A stretch of 30,409 bases of DNA. Source: Macrostomum lignano. Lineage: Eukaryota. Position numbers and translations under genes: made by a program. Numbering within the stretch: the stretch's first letter is position 1; the number at the start of each line of letters is the position of its first letter. The stretch covers positions 1 through 30,409 of the forward strand of contig NIVC01004948.1 in assembly GCA_002269645.1 (NCBI GenBank). Reading direction: 5' to 3'. Shown piece after piece: positions 9,479-18,400 of the stretch. The notes under the pieces were generated by a model. It was not told where the DNA came from, searched no databases, and was given only the letters and a program-made list of their open reading frames with translations.

Positions 9479-10765
9479 ATGAACGACCCACTGACACCAG
9501 TTTTCTACAAAATTAACAAGCCTATTTTGAGTGATGATAGCACAATCAAAGCGACTCAGGTAAGAGTTCCCAGTCAGGAAAATCAGAATGAAACTAATCT
9601 TGGTCCTGGCCAAACACTGACATTCACATACAATGGATGTTCGTCTTTGGTTAGTGTGCACAGTCTTAAGAGCGGCTTCCATATGACATTTCAATTCAAG
9701 ACAAAAGGTGGTGCGGATGCGGCTCGTGCTAACGTTGACAAGCATGATGCGGATGTGGCTCTGATCAGTAACTTTTGGGCGTACATGTTCAAGGAGTTTA
9801 GTGTATCGAATGGGAGCACTGAGTTGGAGCGAATCGCCAACTTTGGAATTGTCTATGACGCTCATTGTTTGATCGAGAATCCTGATTTTATTCAATTGGG
9901 AAGTGGTGCGGGTTTTATCGCAGATGAAAAAGAAGGAGACATCAATGACAGTGGCTATAAAAAGAGGAAGAAGAGATACAACTATGCATTGCAAGGTGCT
10001 GATGATGCTGCTAAGAACCCGCTGTATCGGTCTGTTGATGTATTTGTACCATTGAGATTCATGAGTGGATTCTGTAATACATTTAATCGACTGACTAGTA
10101 ACTTTAGCTACACATTTAGACTGACTAGAGATGATCGCAGTAGAGTGTTGTGGACTGGGGCGGACCACACTGGGATGGCTGTGAAGCTAACCGGAATCGA
10201 GCTGTATTTGGAAGTCATTGAGCCAAAGACTGCACTAAAAGCAGACTATCTTAAGGCAATAGAGAAGGACATTGATGTTGCATACACGGCCTACATGTGT
10301 CGAGATGAGCGAAACGAAACTAGAACAAACATCTGCATCAAAGAGGGATCATGCAGCAATCCAAGGTATGTCATTATTAATATGAGAAACCCAAATAGCA
10401 TTATACGCTACATGCATGGAGACGTGCGGTCCATTCAGCATGAAATCAGTGATAATCTTTACCCTGCACTGCCACAAAATGGAGATTTCAGTCAGAACAA
10501 GATTAGCAAATTTTACAGCGAGTTAGTCGACTTGGCTGTGAAAGAGAACAATGGAATTGCTATCACTGCTCTTCAATATGGAACTCTATATCCGATGTTT
10601 GGCGCTGATGTGTCTGCCAGACAAATGCCTACTGATAACAGCCCTGTGAATATCGTGACTAACATTGAAAGGACTGCCGCAACACCCGTGGACCTGTACA
10701 TTGTCTATGCATTTGAGAGGAAGGTGAAGCTTAACATGATCAACAATTCATCCAGTAAAGTTTAA
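9479..10765 (+). CDS. mcp: Major capsid protein (double jelly-roll, hexon-like)
   Basis: 428 aa, beta-rich; ILSDDSTIK near the N-terminus, VFVPLRFMSGFC, YPMFGADVS; directly upstream of the minor capsid gene in a Polinton context. Confidence 0.78.
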   Translation: MNDPLTPVFYKINKPILSDDSTIKATQVRVPSQENQNETNLGPGQTLTFTYNGCSSLVSVHSLKSGFHMTFQFKTKGGADAARANVDKHDADVALISNFWAYMFKEFSVSNGSTELERIANFGIVYDAHCLIENPDFIQLGSGAGFIADEKEGDINDSGYKKRKKRYNYALQGADDAAKNPLYRSVDVFVPLRFMSGFCNTFNRLTSNFSYTFRLTRDDRSRVLWTGADHTGMAVKLTGIELYLEVIEPKTALKADYLKAIEKDIDVAYTAYMCRDERNETRTNICIKEGSCSNPRYVIINMRNPNSIIRYMHGDVRSIQHEISDNLYPALPQNGDFSQNKISKFYSELVDLAVKENNGIAITALQYGTLYPMFGADVSARQMPTDNSPVNIVTNIERTAATPVDLYIVYAFERKVKLNMINNSSSKV

Positions 10766-10788
10766 ATATTTTTTTGTGGGTGAAAAAA

Positions 10789-11652
10789 ATGGAAGCTATA
10801 GCCGAAAGACTAAACAACATTGTTTCACACTCTAAGGAGAGCATTCCTATTACAATAACCGGGCGAATTAATGACTCAAACGGGATGTTTGTTGAAAAAT
10901 TAGAGCAGGCGATTCGCCTGGATCCTGGCGCTAATTACCATGTCTATCTTAACGACTTCACTGGTTGGTCAAACGTTCCCAATGTGATGGCAGCAAATAA
11001 TAAGTTTTATTACAAATGGAAAGGTGCAGCAGCAGACTCTGTGGTATTCCATGTGAGCACGCAAAGTGTGGATACCTACAATAACTTTCTAGAAAATGTC
11101 TTTACTAAGAGAGGCCATTTTGAGACACCTGATGCGAGTAAGCCAGAGAAGAAACTGTTCCCTGTCAAACTAACCTATGATCTCACTGTAATGAGAGTGG
11201 TCATGCAAGTTCACAAAGATGCGGAGGTTGAGTTTAAAGATGACACTTGGTATAGGGAACTGGGATTCGAGAAGAAAGTTTATAAGGCAGAATCCGCGGC
11301 GCGGACCGCCACTCAAGCATCGGGGACCGTTAAAATGGCCCGGGAAAATGTAAGCGGTTTGTTCTTAGCACCCAATATTGCAGACATTGTAAAGGGTTTG
11401 AATATTCTAATCAGAAGCAATCTCAGTCTTGATTGGGTATTTAAGGGAAAGCGAACGAATATTTTGTACAACATCTCCAACTCTGTTGCTGGAGGACAGA
11501 TGGTGGTAGAGAAACCAAATCCAGTGAAAAGAGTTGTATTGAGTAATAAGGAGATTCACGAGATTGTGCTACAGTTTGAGACTGAAGATGGGATGGGCGT
11601 TGATTTTAATGGGGAAGAGTTTGTATTGACGTTGATCATTGAGAGAATGTGA
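10789..11652 (+). CDS. Minor capsid protein (penton-like single jelly-roll)
   Basis: YHVYLNDFTGWSNVPNV..NNKFY, LGFE, and C-terminal EKPNPV...EIHEIVLQFETEDG.GVDFNGEEFVLTLII; ATG 10789 after an A-run. Confidence 0.8.
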   Translation: MEAIAERLNNIVSHSKESIPITITGRINDSNGMFVEKLEQAIRLDPGANYHVYLNDFTGWSNVPNVMAANNKFYYKWKGAAADSVVFHVSTQSVDTYNNFLENVFTKRGHFETPDASKPEKKLFPVKLTYDLTVMRVVMQVHKDAEVEFKDDTWYRELGFEKKVYKAESAARTATQASGTVKMARENVSGLFLAPNIADIVKGLNILIRSNLSLDWVFKGKRTNILYNISNSVAGGQMVVEKPNPVKRVVLSNKEIHEIVLQFETEDGMGVDFNGEEFVLTLIIERM

Positions 11653-11920
11653 TTTTAAAATAACTTAATATTTTATTTCAGTTCTATTTCGAATTTTTAG
11701 TATATTTTTTCTAGTCATATTACTTATTAATAGGCAACCTCACGCTTTTTAGACTGACCAAGCATTATTTTTTTTTCTAACCAGTATTTAGTGAAAGGAT
11801 TGAAAACACAAAAGAAATCGGATACAAAAGGATAGTCTGTGCTCAGTCTATTGTTTTATTATGTCAAAAGTTGGTTAACTTCGCAAGTATTCGCACATAA
11901 CAAACACAAGTCTGTCATTG

Positions 11921-12067
11921 GTCTTTCTCAGAAAAAAAGCTTTTTTTTGCACAGTTGAATTCGTGCGAATTCCTGTTAAGACAGGAAATAGCGCGAATCC
12001 AACTGCGCACTAGTCTTTCTCAGAAAAATGCTATTTTGCACAGTTGAATTCGTGCGAATTCCTGTTA
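11921..12067. repeat. Two direct copies of a ~55-58-bp unit, each with a GAATTCG-tg-CGAATTC hairpin
   Basis: Copies at 11921-11978 and 12013-12067; hairpins at 11957-11972 and 12046-12061. Confidence 0.9.
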
Positions 12068-12289
12068 TGCACATGATTTTTACGAACGTTCGTAAAAATC
12101 ATGTAACCATTGAGAGCCGCTTTATGCTGCACATGATTTTTACGAAAGTTCGTAAAAATCATGTAACCATTGAGAGCCGCTTTATGCTGCACATGATTTT
12201 TACGAAAGTTCGTAAAAATCATGTAACCACTGAGAGCCGCTTTATGCTGCACATGATTTTTACGAATGTTCGTGAAAATCATGTAACCA
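12068..12289. repeat. Four tandem 60-bp units, each with a 34-bp palindrome ACATGATTTTTACGAAC|GTTCGTAAAAATCATGT
   Basis: Palindromes start at 12071 (perfect), 12131, 12191 (1 mismatch each) and 12251 (2 mismatches); linkers nearly identical. Confidence 0.97.
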
Positions 12290-12527
12290 GTGGGAATCGA
12301 ACCATGCGGGGCAGACTGAGACCGGTTTCGGGCTTGTTTGCCCTCGTCAGTCAGTCATAGCCACACGAGGTCGGCTCCACCTCTAGCCAGCTGAGTGGAA
12401 CTGCTATTTATACGCCCTTGCACCAAGTCCTTGCCTTGCACATGGCGACATTTTCTAGTCCACCATGTGAGGAATTCGCGCCATGTTCAAATAGCTTTAC
12501 TATCAGTAAGCTATCGCTTACAAATAC

Positions 12528-12590
12528 GAGCCGCTTTATGCTGCACATGATTTTTACGAACGTTCGTCTAATTAATGTAACCAATAAGAG
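12528..12590. repeat. Solo degenerate fifth copy of the 60-bp palindromic unit
   Basis: gagccgctttatgctgcacatgatttttacgaacgttcgtctaattaatgtaacca; left arm perfect, right arm decayed. Confidence 0.9.
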
Positions 12591-12777
12591 CCACTTTCGT
12601 GCGCTTTAAAAGATATATTTGCTTCAACCAATAGATACAGCTTAAAGGACTACTGTAGACGAAAGAAACTTGCCAGTACAAATAAGAGTATATTACGAGT
12701 ATTTTAACACACAGAATACGCTGAAAAATGTGAAGTAAAAGCCATCACTGTTTAACGTAGAGAATAATCATTCATAG

Positions 12778-13641
12778 TCAGTACTTCGTCTTCATCAGTT
12801 CAAGACCTCCGTTGTGGTCGCTTCGTCTTCTTCTATCTATGCCTAAAAAATTGTTTATTCGACTTGTATTGTTTGTTTGTACAAACTTTCTTTCAGAATT
12901 TGTTACAAAAAAAAATGTTATGTATTTACTTTCTTCATACCAACACCTGACATCCTTCTCATGTTGTTCATCCAGGGAAATACCCTCGATTTGCATCTTC
13001 AATAAGTCCGCAAAGCGTTCATCGATTTTCGCCTTCTCTTCAATCGCCGATTTGTAGCGAAGCAGGGTTCCCATTGTGTAACTTGAAAATATTAGACCTG
13101 GGTACATGATACAGAGAGAGTAAAATTTGTCGTAGTCTCCCACTGTTCGCTTGCTGATGTTGAAAGTGGTGGCGAGCTCTTCCACATTCATTTTGTGCTT
13201 GTAGACCAAAACTTGAATTAAGCGCCCCTGCTCAAACTGCATCATGGCCTTCGCAGTTGACAGGTTCTCGATAGAATAGGTCAGCTTCTTAAACCTCGCT
13301 TCCAAGTCTACCTTTTTCGTTCCATTCAAATTCATGGCGACCAAGTTGAGACCTTCGGAAATTGCACCCAGAGACAACATTACACCACGACTCTCATTCT
13401 CTTCCAGCTTCGCGTATATCCTCGCAATAACTCTCTCTCGCTCGCTCTCTTCCTTTTTCTTGGGAAGCGCCCTCTTCTTATCCGGAATACCTTCAAGCTT
13501 TTCCAAGCTCTCCTGAAACCTTACCAACTCTTCTTCTTTCCAGCTGCTCAGTCTGCTTCCCATTGCCGACCTTTCTTTAGATGACAGCGTGACCGCCAGT
13601 TCAGCAATCGTTGCAATTCTTGTCTCTTTTGACATGGCCAT
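12778..13641 (-). CDS. Orphan helical protein with helix-turn-helix-like motif
   Basis: Likely start MAMSKETR (ATG 13641; frame is open to 13821). Charged helical N-half, then QFEQGRLIQVLVYKHKMNVEELATTFNISKRTVGDYDKFY (HTH-like). The AT-rich 3' part (12843-12935) may be an intron. Confidence 0.65.
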   Translation of the reverse strand: MAMSKETRIATIAELAVTLSSKERSAMGSRLSSWKEEELVRFQESLEKLEGIPDKKRALPKKKEESERERVIARIYAKLEENESRGVMLSLGAISEGLNLVAMNLNGTKKVDLEARFKKLTYSIENLSTAKAMMQFEQGRLIQVLVYKHKMNVEELATTFNISKRTVGDYDKFYSLCIMYPGLIFSSYTMGTLLRYKSAIEEKAKIDERFADLLKMQIEGISLDEQHEKDVRCWYEESKYITFFFVTNSERKFVQTNNTSRINNFLGIDRRRRSDHNGGLELMKTKY

Positions 13642-13714
13642 GATAAAAAGTATTCCTTTTATTGAAGAAAGTTTCGGTTTGACTTGCGGGGCGAGGTCCG
13701 GTGTGAATCGGTTG

Positions 13715-13722
13715 TTTTTATA
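13715..13722 (-). promoter_or_regulatory. TATA box TATAAAAA upstream of the HTH gene
   Basis: Plus strand TTTTTATA at 13715-13722; about 75 bp upstream of ATG 13641 and 58 bp downstream of the HSE. Confidence 0.55.
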
Positions 13723-13780
13723 CCTTTGGTGGTATACGGTAGTACTCGGAAATCCCTGAATATTATCTATCGGATATCCA

Positions 13781-13808
13781 GAATATTCTAGAATATTCCC
13801 TTCTAGAA
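13781..13808. promoter_or_regulatory. Heat-shock element: GAAtaTTCtaGAAtaTTC plus TTCtaGAA
   Basis: Four perfect alternating nGAAn units (an 18-bp palindrome, 13781-13798) followed by a two-unit TTCtaGAA (13801-13808). Confidence 0.6.
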
Positions 13809-13825
13809 GGGAAACCCGCATGGCA

Positions 13826-13944
13826 TGGGTTTTATTTTTAGATCTTACGTCTGCACTCTACAGGGTACAACCTTGTAATTGCCCATGCCATGTGGGTTTT
13901 ATTTTTAGATCTTGCGTCTGCACTCTACAGGGTACAACCTTGTA
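13826..13944. repeat. Two 52-bp direct repeats at 67-bp period
   Basis: tgggttttatttttagatctt(a/g)cgtctgcactctacagggtacaaccttgta at 13826-13877 and 13893-13944, one mismatch. Confidence 0.93.
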
Positions 13945-13960
13945 CGAGCGTAGTTGCCAA

Positions 13961-14200
13961 CTACAACTGTCTTATGACTTCAGCAAAGTTATAGTAGCTG
14001 TCGTAATCTTTTACATAGGTTACTCCATACTTATGAAACCAGTGTCTTTGGAGAGCTAGATTAATATTAGGGACATTGATATGAACGTCGGGCCAATATT
14101 TTTTCATGTATTCGCTGCATTCAAGTTTGCATCGGTACTTGGATTTGTACAATGGATGAGGCTGAGTATAATAAGAACCTGGAGAGACAACTGGAAACAT
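13961..14200 (-). CDS. Possible small Tyr-rich ORF or terminal exon
   Basis: 79-aa frame MFPVVSPGSYYTQPHPLY...; a tttccAG acceptor-like site lies just inside its 5' end; no recognisable family. Confidence 0.25.
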   Translation of the reverse strand: MFPVVSPGSYYTQPHPLYKSKYRCKLECSEYMKKYWPDVHINVPNINLALQRHWFHKYGVTYVKDYDSYYNFAEVIRQL

Positions 14201-14355
14201 TTTTAGAGAAAATTTAGATTTTTTCAAAGGGTAAGGACCCTGCGCTGATGCTTTAAAGTCTTAGGGATCTGGTCTCGCGTTGCAAATTGAATGTGGGGAG
14301 AAGAATGCAGATTATTTTCTGATTGTCTCGAAGATGCTATGGGTGGATTTGGAGC

Positions 14356-14544
14356 TGTTATGCTCAGAGCATAAACCCTCAGAGCATAACAGTAGGACAC
14401 CTGTTATGCTCTGATTCTGTCAGAGATAATATGGATGGATTTAATGGGATTATGGAGGACGTTTTGTGAGCGAGTGCGACCCCCCTTTTTTTCTGATTCT
14501 GTCAGGGATAATATGGATGGATTTAATGGGATTATGGAGGACGT
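14356..14544. repeat. Cluster of inverted and direct repeats at the left edge of element 2
   Basis: 14-bp-arm hairpin TCAGAGCATAACAG/CTGTTATGCTCTGA (14379-14414, 8-nt loop), a further TTATGCTC-a-GAGCATAA hairpin, and 53-bp direct repeats at 14410-14462 and 14492-14544 (one mismatch). Confidence 0.9.
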
Positions 14545-14655
14545 GAAAAATTTTGTCCCAGAAGCCCCCTCATGCCTTCTACTTTTTTTAATTCCATACT
14601 GTATTTTAGTCCTAAAAATCATCAAAATTCTTGCATTATTTGTTTAATATTAACC

Positions 14656-15424
14656 ATGATAAAAGCACGTTTTTTAAAGAAAAAAAAATTGTTATTCCAG
14701 CCAAGAGCTCGCTGCCTGGTTTGTCGAAAGACCTTCCGCAATGTGGCTGCGCTGCATGCTCACTCGCATGGAGAATGCTTTGCGCCAGATCGACTGTTGG
14801 AGGGGCCATTCGAGGAGCTTCAGGCGCACCCACCAGACGGTTGGTCTGTTCACCTGGAAGAAAGTGCGCATCAGGGGCGAGCCAACTTTCTGCAGTTTGT
14901 TCCTAATTCCGCTGAATCTCCATCGCAAACATCCGCCACCACCGACGACCTTCTACCTGCCGACAAGCTGAACCAGCTGCGCGCCCCAATCTATTGGCTT
15001 TTCAATATGACTTTACAAAAAGGACTGATGTTGAGAACATGTCTGCATGTCAAGGTGAAGCTGTTTCGGATGCTGGCGGATTTGCGGCAACACCCCGATC
15101 TCTCAACAGGCGCTTTAAATTCACCAGCAACTGAAATAATCTCTGCATATTTCAACAGTCACATGGTTACAATTTCACTGGATAAAGAGGGCACCGGTAC
15201 TGGCGAACTGTCTGAGGAGAGTTTCAACGACTGGTTTATGCGTGCAATCACCGAAGTGACAAGCAAAATTGACAGCTTCCAGAAACGTGGCAGTGGTTGG
15301 AAGTATGACAGCATTGAACAGCTTGACCTGATGCTATGCCCCTATAGGAAGTCTCGTTCTCGGCCAAGCTACAACCCGGGCAGTAGGAATTCCACAGCGG
15401 CAGAGCAACAGCTGGGCGGTGGTA

Positions 15425-15459
<35 letters not shown>

Positions 15460-18400
15460 GCCAGAACATTTAAAGTCCCGTTGTCGGTTGGATGCAAGAG
15501 AGGAGCCGTAATATTTTTGAAGCCAAACAATAATCGGCAGCCTAACTGCTTCAAGTATGCAATCGTAGCAAGCATCTTTTATGCCCAAGTGAAGCGTCCT
15601 CATTTGAAGAGCAGCTATACAGAACATTTGCGAGAATTGGATTTTGGAACTAAATTACAAGTCGGATCAGCGAGACATGCCAAATGCTCATATATTAAAT
15701 TTTTGAACAAAAATCCAGGGTTAAGTTTGCGTGTATTCGTTTGGGATTACGAAGCAAAGACTGCCGTGCATTACTTTTCGCGCCACTGTTCCCCGGAGAC
15801 AGCCCGCTTCATGGCAAACTGTTTGTTCATCCCACCATATGGCAAATTCAAGCTGGGCCACTACATGCCTGTTCGTAATTTGAACTCACTTCTAAGCTGC
15901 CGAGGCAAACGACGGCGTGTCTGCCCAACTTGCCTGGCTCCGTTTTCGGAAAAAATATCATGGGACTTCATTCTGAACGAGCACCAATGCATCGGAGGGT
16001 GCGAGAGCCAGTCCTCGCTCCGCTGGATGTCCGAGCCGCTGCCACAAATACGGGAGGTGCGCAGGCCGCCAATTGAGAAGATGCCTCTGCCGGAGAATGC
16101 TAGTCTTGAGTTTACCGAACATGCTGCAAGGCTGCCGGCGCTGTACGTAGTTTATGCCGACATGGAATGCCTATGTGCACCGCCGGACGCCAGCGCTCCA
16201 CATGTGGGAGCCTCTCAAAAGATTCGCGAGATCCACAAACCGCTTTGCATCGGTTATCGGGTGGTGGCCTGTCCCGGAGTTGAAAGCCGGCTGCCTTCAC
16301 TATATGGCGAAAGGTCCGCCTGTTCGGTTATCTATTCGCGGCCCAACGGTGGAGATGATTGCATTGGGCTGTTTTTGATCAAGCTCCGCCAGCTAGCAAG
16401 CGAGATCTACCGACACGCCAAGGATGAAACATATGTTCCTTTGCTTAAAAAATATCTTCATCTGACGGACCGTGTCGAGAAGCGGCGCCACAAGCATTGT
16501 CAGCTATGTAATCGCGTTTTTGAGCTTGATGAACGCCAAGTCCTGGATCACGATCATCTTACTGGCCTGCCTAGGGGAGTTTTGTGTGTCAGCTGCAATC
16601 GCAAATTGAGCTTGAATCGCCACCGGCTGTTGGTCTATTTTCACAACCTGTCGGCATATGATGGCAAGTTTATTGTTCGCCAAGTTTACGAAACCTTTTC
16701 CGGTGAAGAAGTTAAACTTTATGTTTTGCCTGAAAATCGCGAGCGATTCAAAACGTTCTCTATCAAGTTCAAGCTGCCTGCTGCTGATGGGCAGCACCAC
16801 GTTTGGTTTGAAATCTGCTTCAAGGACACTTTTGCGTATTTACCAACTAGCCTAGCAAGTCTAGCTGAACGCCTGCTCCCTTCTCAGCTGGTGCACACAA
16901 GCAAACTATTGGAGCAATACCCGAGACTACGACCGGAGACGTTGCAGCAGAAGGGAGTTTTTCCCTATTCGTTCCTTGATCGAATGGACAAATTGGACAG
17001 CGTAAAATCTCTGCCAGCAAAGGAGAGGTTTTTCAATAGACTAACAATGCAGCATTGCTCTGACGCCGACTACGCTCGAGCCAAGGCCAGCTGGGAGGAA
17101 TTCGGCTGCCACACTCTGCGTGACTACACTACTGCCTACCTGCGATTGGATGTGCTTTTGCTCTGCGACGTGTTTGAAAATTTCAGAAATAATGCAATCA
17201 AAGAGTATCAAATTGATCCCGCTCATTTTCTTGGCTCTCCAATGTACAGCCTGGCGGCGTGCTTGCTTCAACTTGCAGAGCCAATTCAACTCTTCACTGA
17301 TACAGCCATGTATGCTGAAATTGAGAGCTCTGTGCGCGGCGGTTTCAGCTTTGGGACACGTCACGTAACCACAGCAAATAACTCGTTGGTTTCGCTCATT
17401 CGTCAAGATTTGGACAGGGACGAGGGCAAATTTGCGAGCCTGAGGGCAAATGCACCAGAAAACACCTTTTTGGTTTACTTGGATGCAAACTCGCTCTATT
17501 CTAGTTGCATGGTACAACCTCTACCATACAAGAACTTTCGTTGGCTTTCTGCTCGAGATGTGAATCGCATACCATGCGATAACACCCCCGGCGCAGGCTA
17601 TTACCTCGAAAATCCGCAAGTGAAGAGTCAAATGCTAGACTGGCTGACGAAGTTTTGTTCTGAGGAGCGAGGAGCTTATTTCACAGTCGATCTGCATTAT
17701 CCCGAGTTTCTACACGATAGCACTGCTGACCTCCCACTGGCGATTGGGCACGAGATTGTGAGAGAAGATCGGCTGACGGATCAAATGCGGCAAGATTGGA
17801 CAGCACTTCAACGACAACTGAACCCCGAGCGATATGCCTCTGCCAGCTGTTACCAAGACGTGAAGGCATTCAAGAGCCCTGCGCGCAAGCTCATCGGTTC
17901 TGTCGAGCACAAGCGCGAATATGTGTTGCACCACCGTGCATTGCGACTTTACCTCGAGTTGGGGATGCGAGTCACAAGGGTCTATCGCGTCATCTGTTTC
18001 ACCGAGAAGCCAATATTACGCTCTTACATTGAGCGCAACATTAGCCGACGAATAGAAGCCAAGACGGAATTTGAACGTGATCTGTTCAAGCTACTCAACA
18101 ATGCTTTGTTTGGCAAGTTTCTGCAACGTGTTCGTGACCGATTGTGCTTCAAGATGTGCACCGACGCTGCAAAGCTGGAGTCCTATGTCAGCATGGAAAG
18201 CTTCCTAGATGTTATCATTTACAACGAGAATTTGGCGGGAGTTAGTCTATCTCCTCGTCAAGTTTTGCTTAACAAGCCAATTATCATTGGCGCGTCAATT
18301 CTGGACATTGCCAAAACTATGGTTTACAATTTTTATTACAACCATGTTCAGGCTCATCATTCGCTTTCATGTGCACGCGTTCTGGCAGGCGACACCGACA

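Larger units (their letters stand above)
1..12654. mobile_element. Polinton/Maverick-like endogenous virus, element 1 (left end outside window, right boundary approximate)
   Basis: Integrase C-terminus, pPolB, adenain-like protease, A32/FtsK-like ATPase, major and minor capsid ORFs co-occur. Right end guessed from the palindromic repeat block and an ACTACT at 12649-12654. Confidence 0.9.

Noticed and set aside
9452-10168. 238-aa minus-strand ORF
   Set aside because: Lies wholly opposite the major capsid gene and has no motifs.
12068-12289. CRISPR array
   Set aside because: The ~26-bp sequences between palindromes are near-identical rather than unique spacers, there are no cas genes, and the context is eukaryotic.
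12028-12360. ORFs 12028-12360 (+) and 12031-12282 (-) with 20-aa repeats
   Set aside because: Read-through of a 60-bp palindromic repeat, open on both strands because of the palindrome.
14572-14655. Longer polB start at ATG 14572
   Set aside because: The added 28 codons are AT-rich and look non-coding; ATG 14656 has better context. An acceptor-like ttccAG at 14700 leaves the true 5' end uncertain.
15248-15627. Poly-Arg, poly-Ala and poly-Pro ORFs
   Set aside because: Alternative frames of the (GGC)10 tract in polB.
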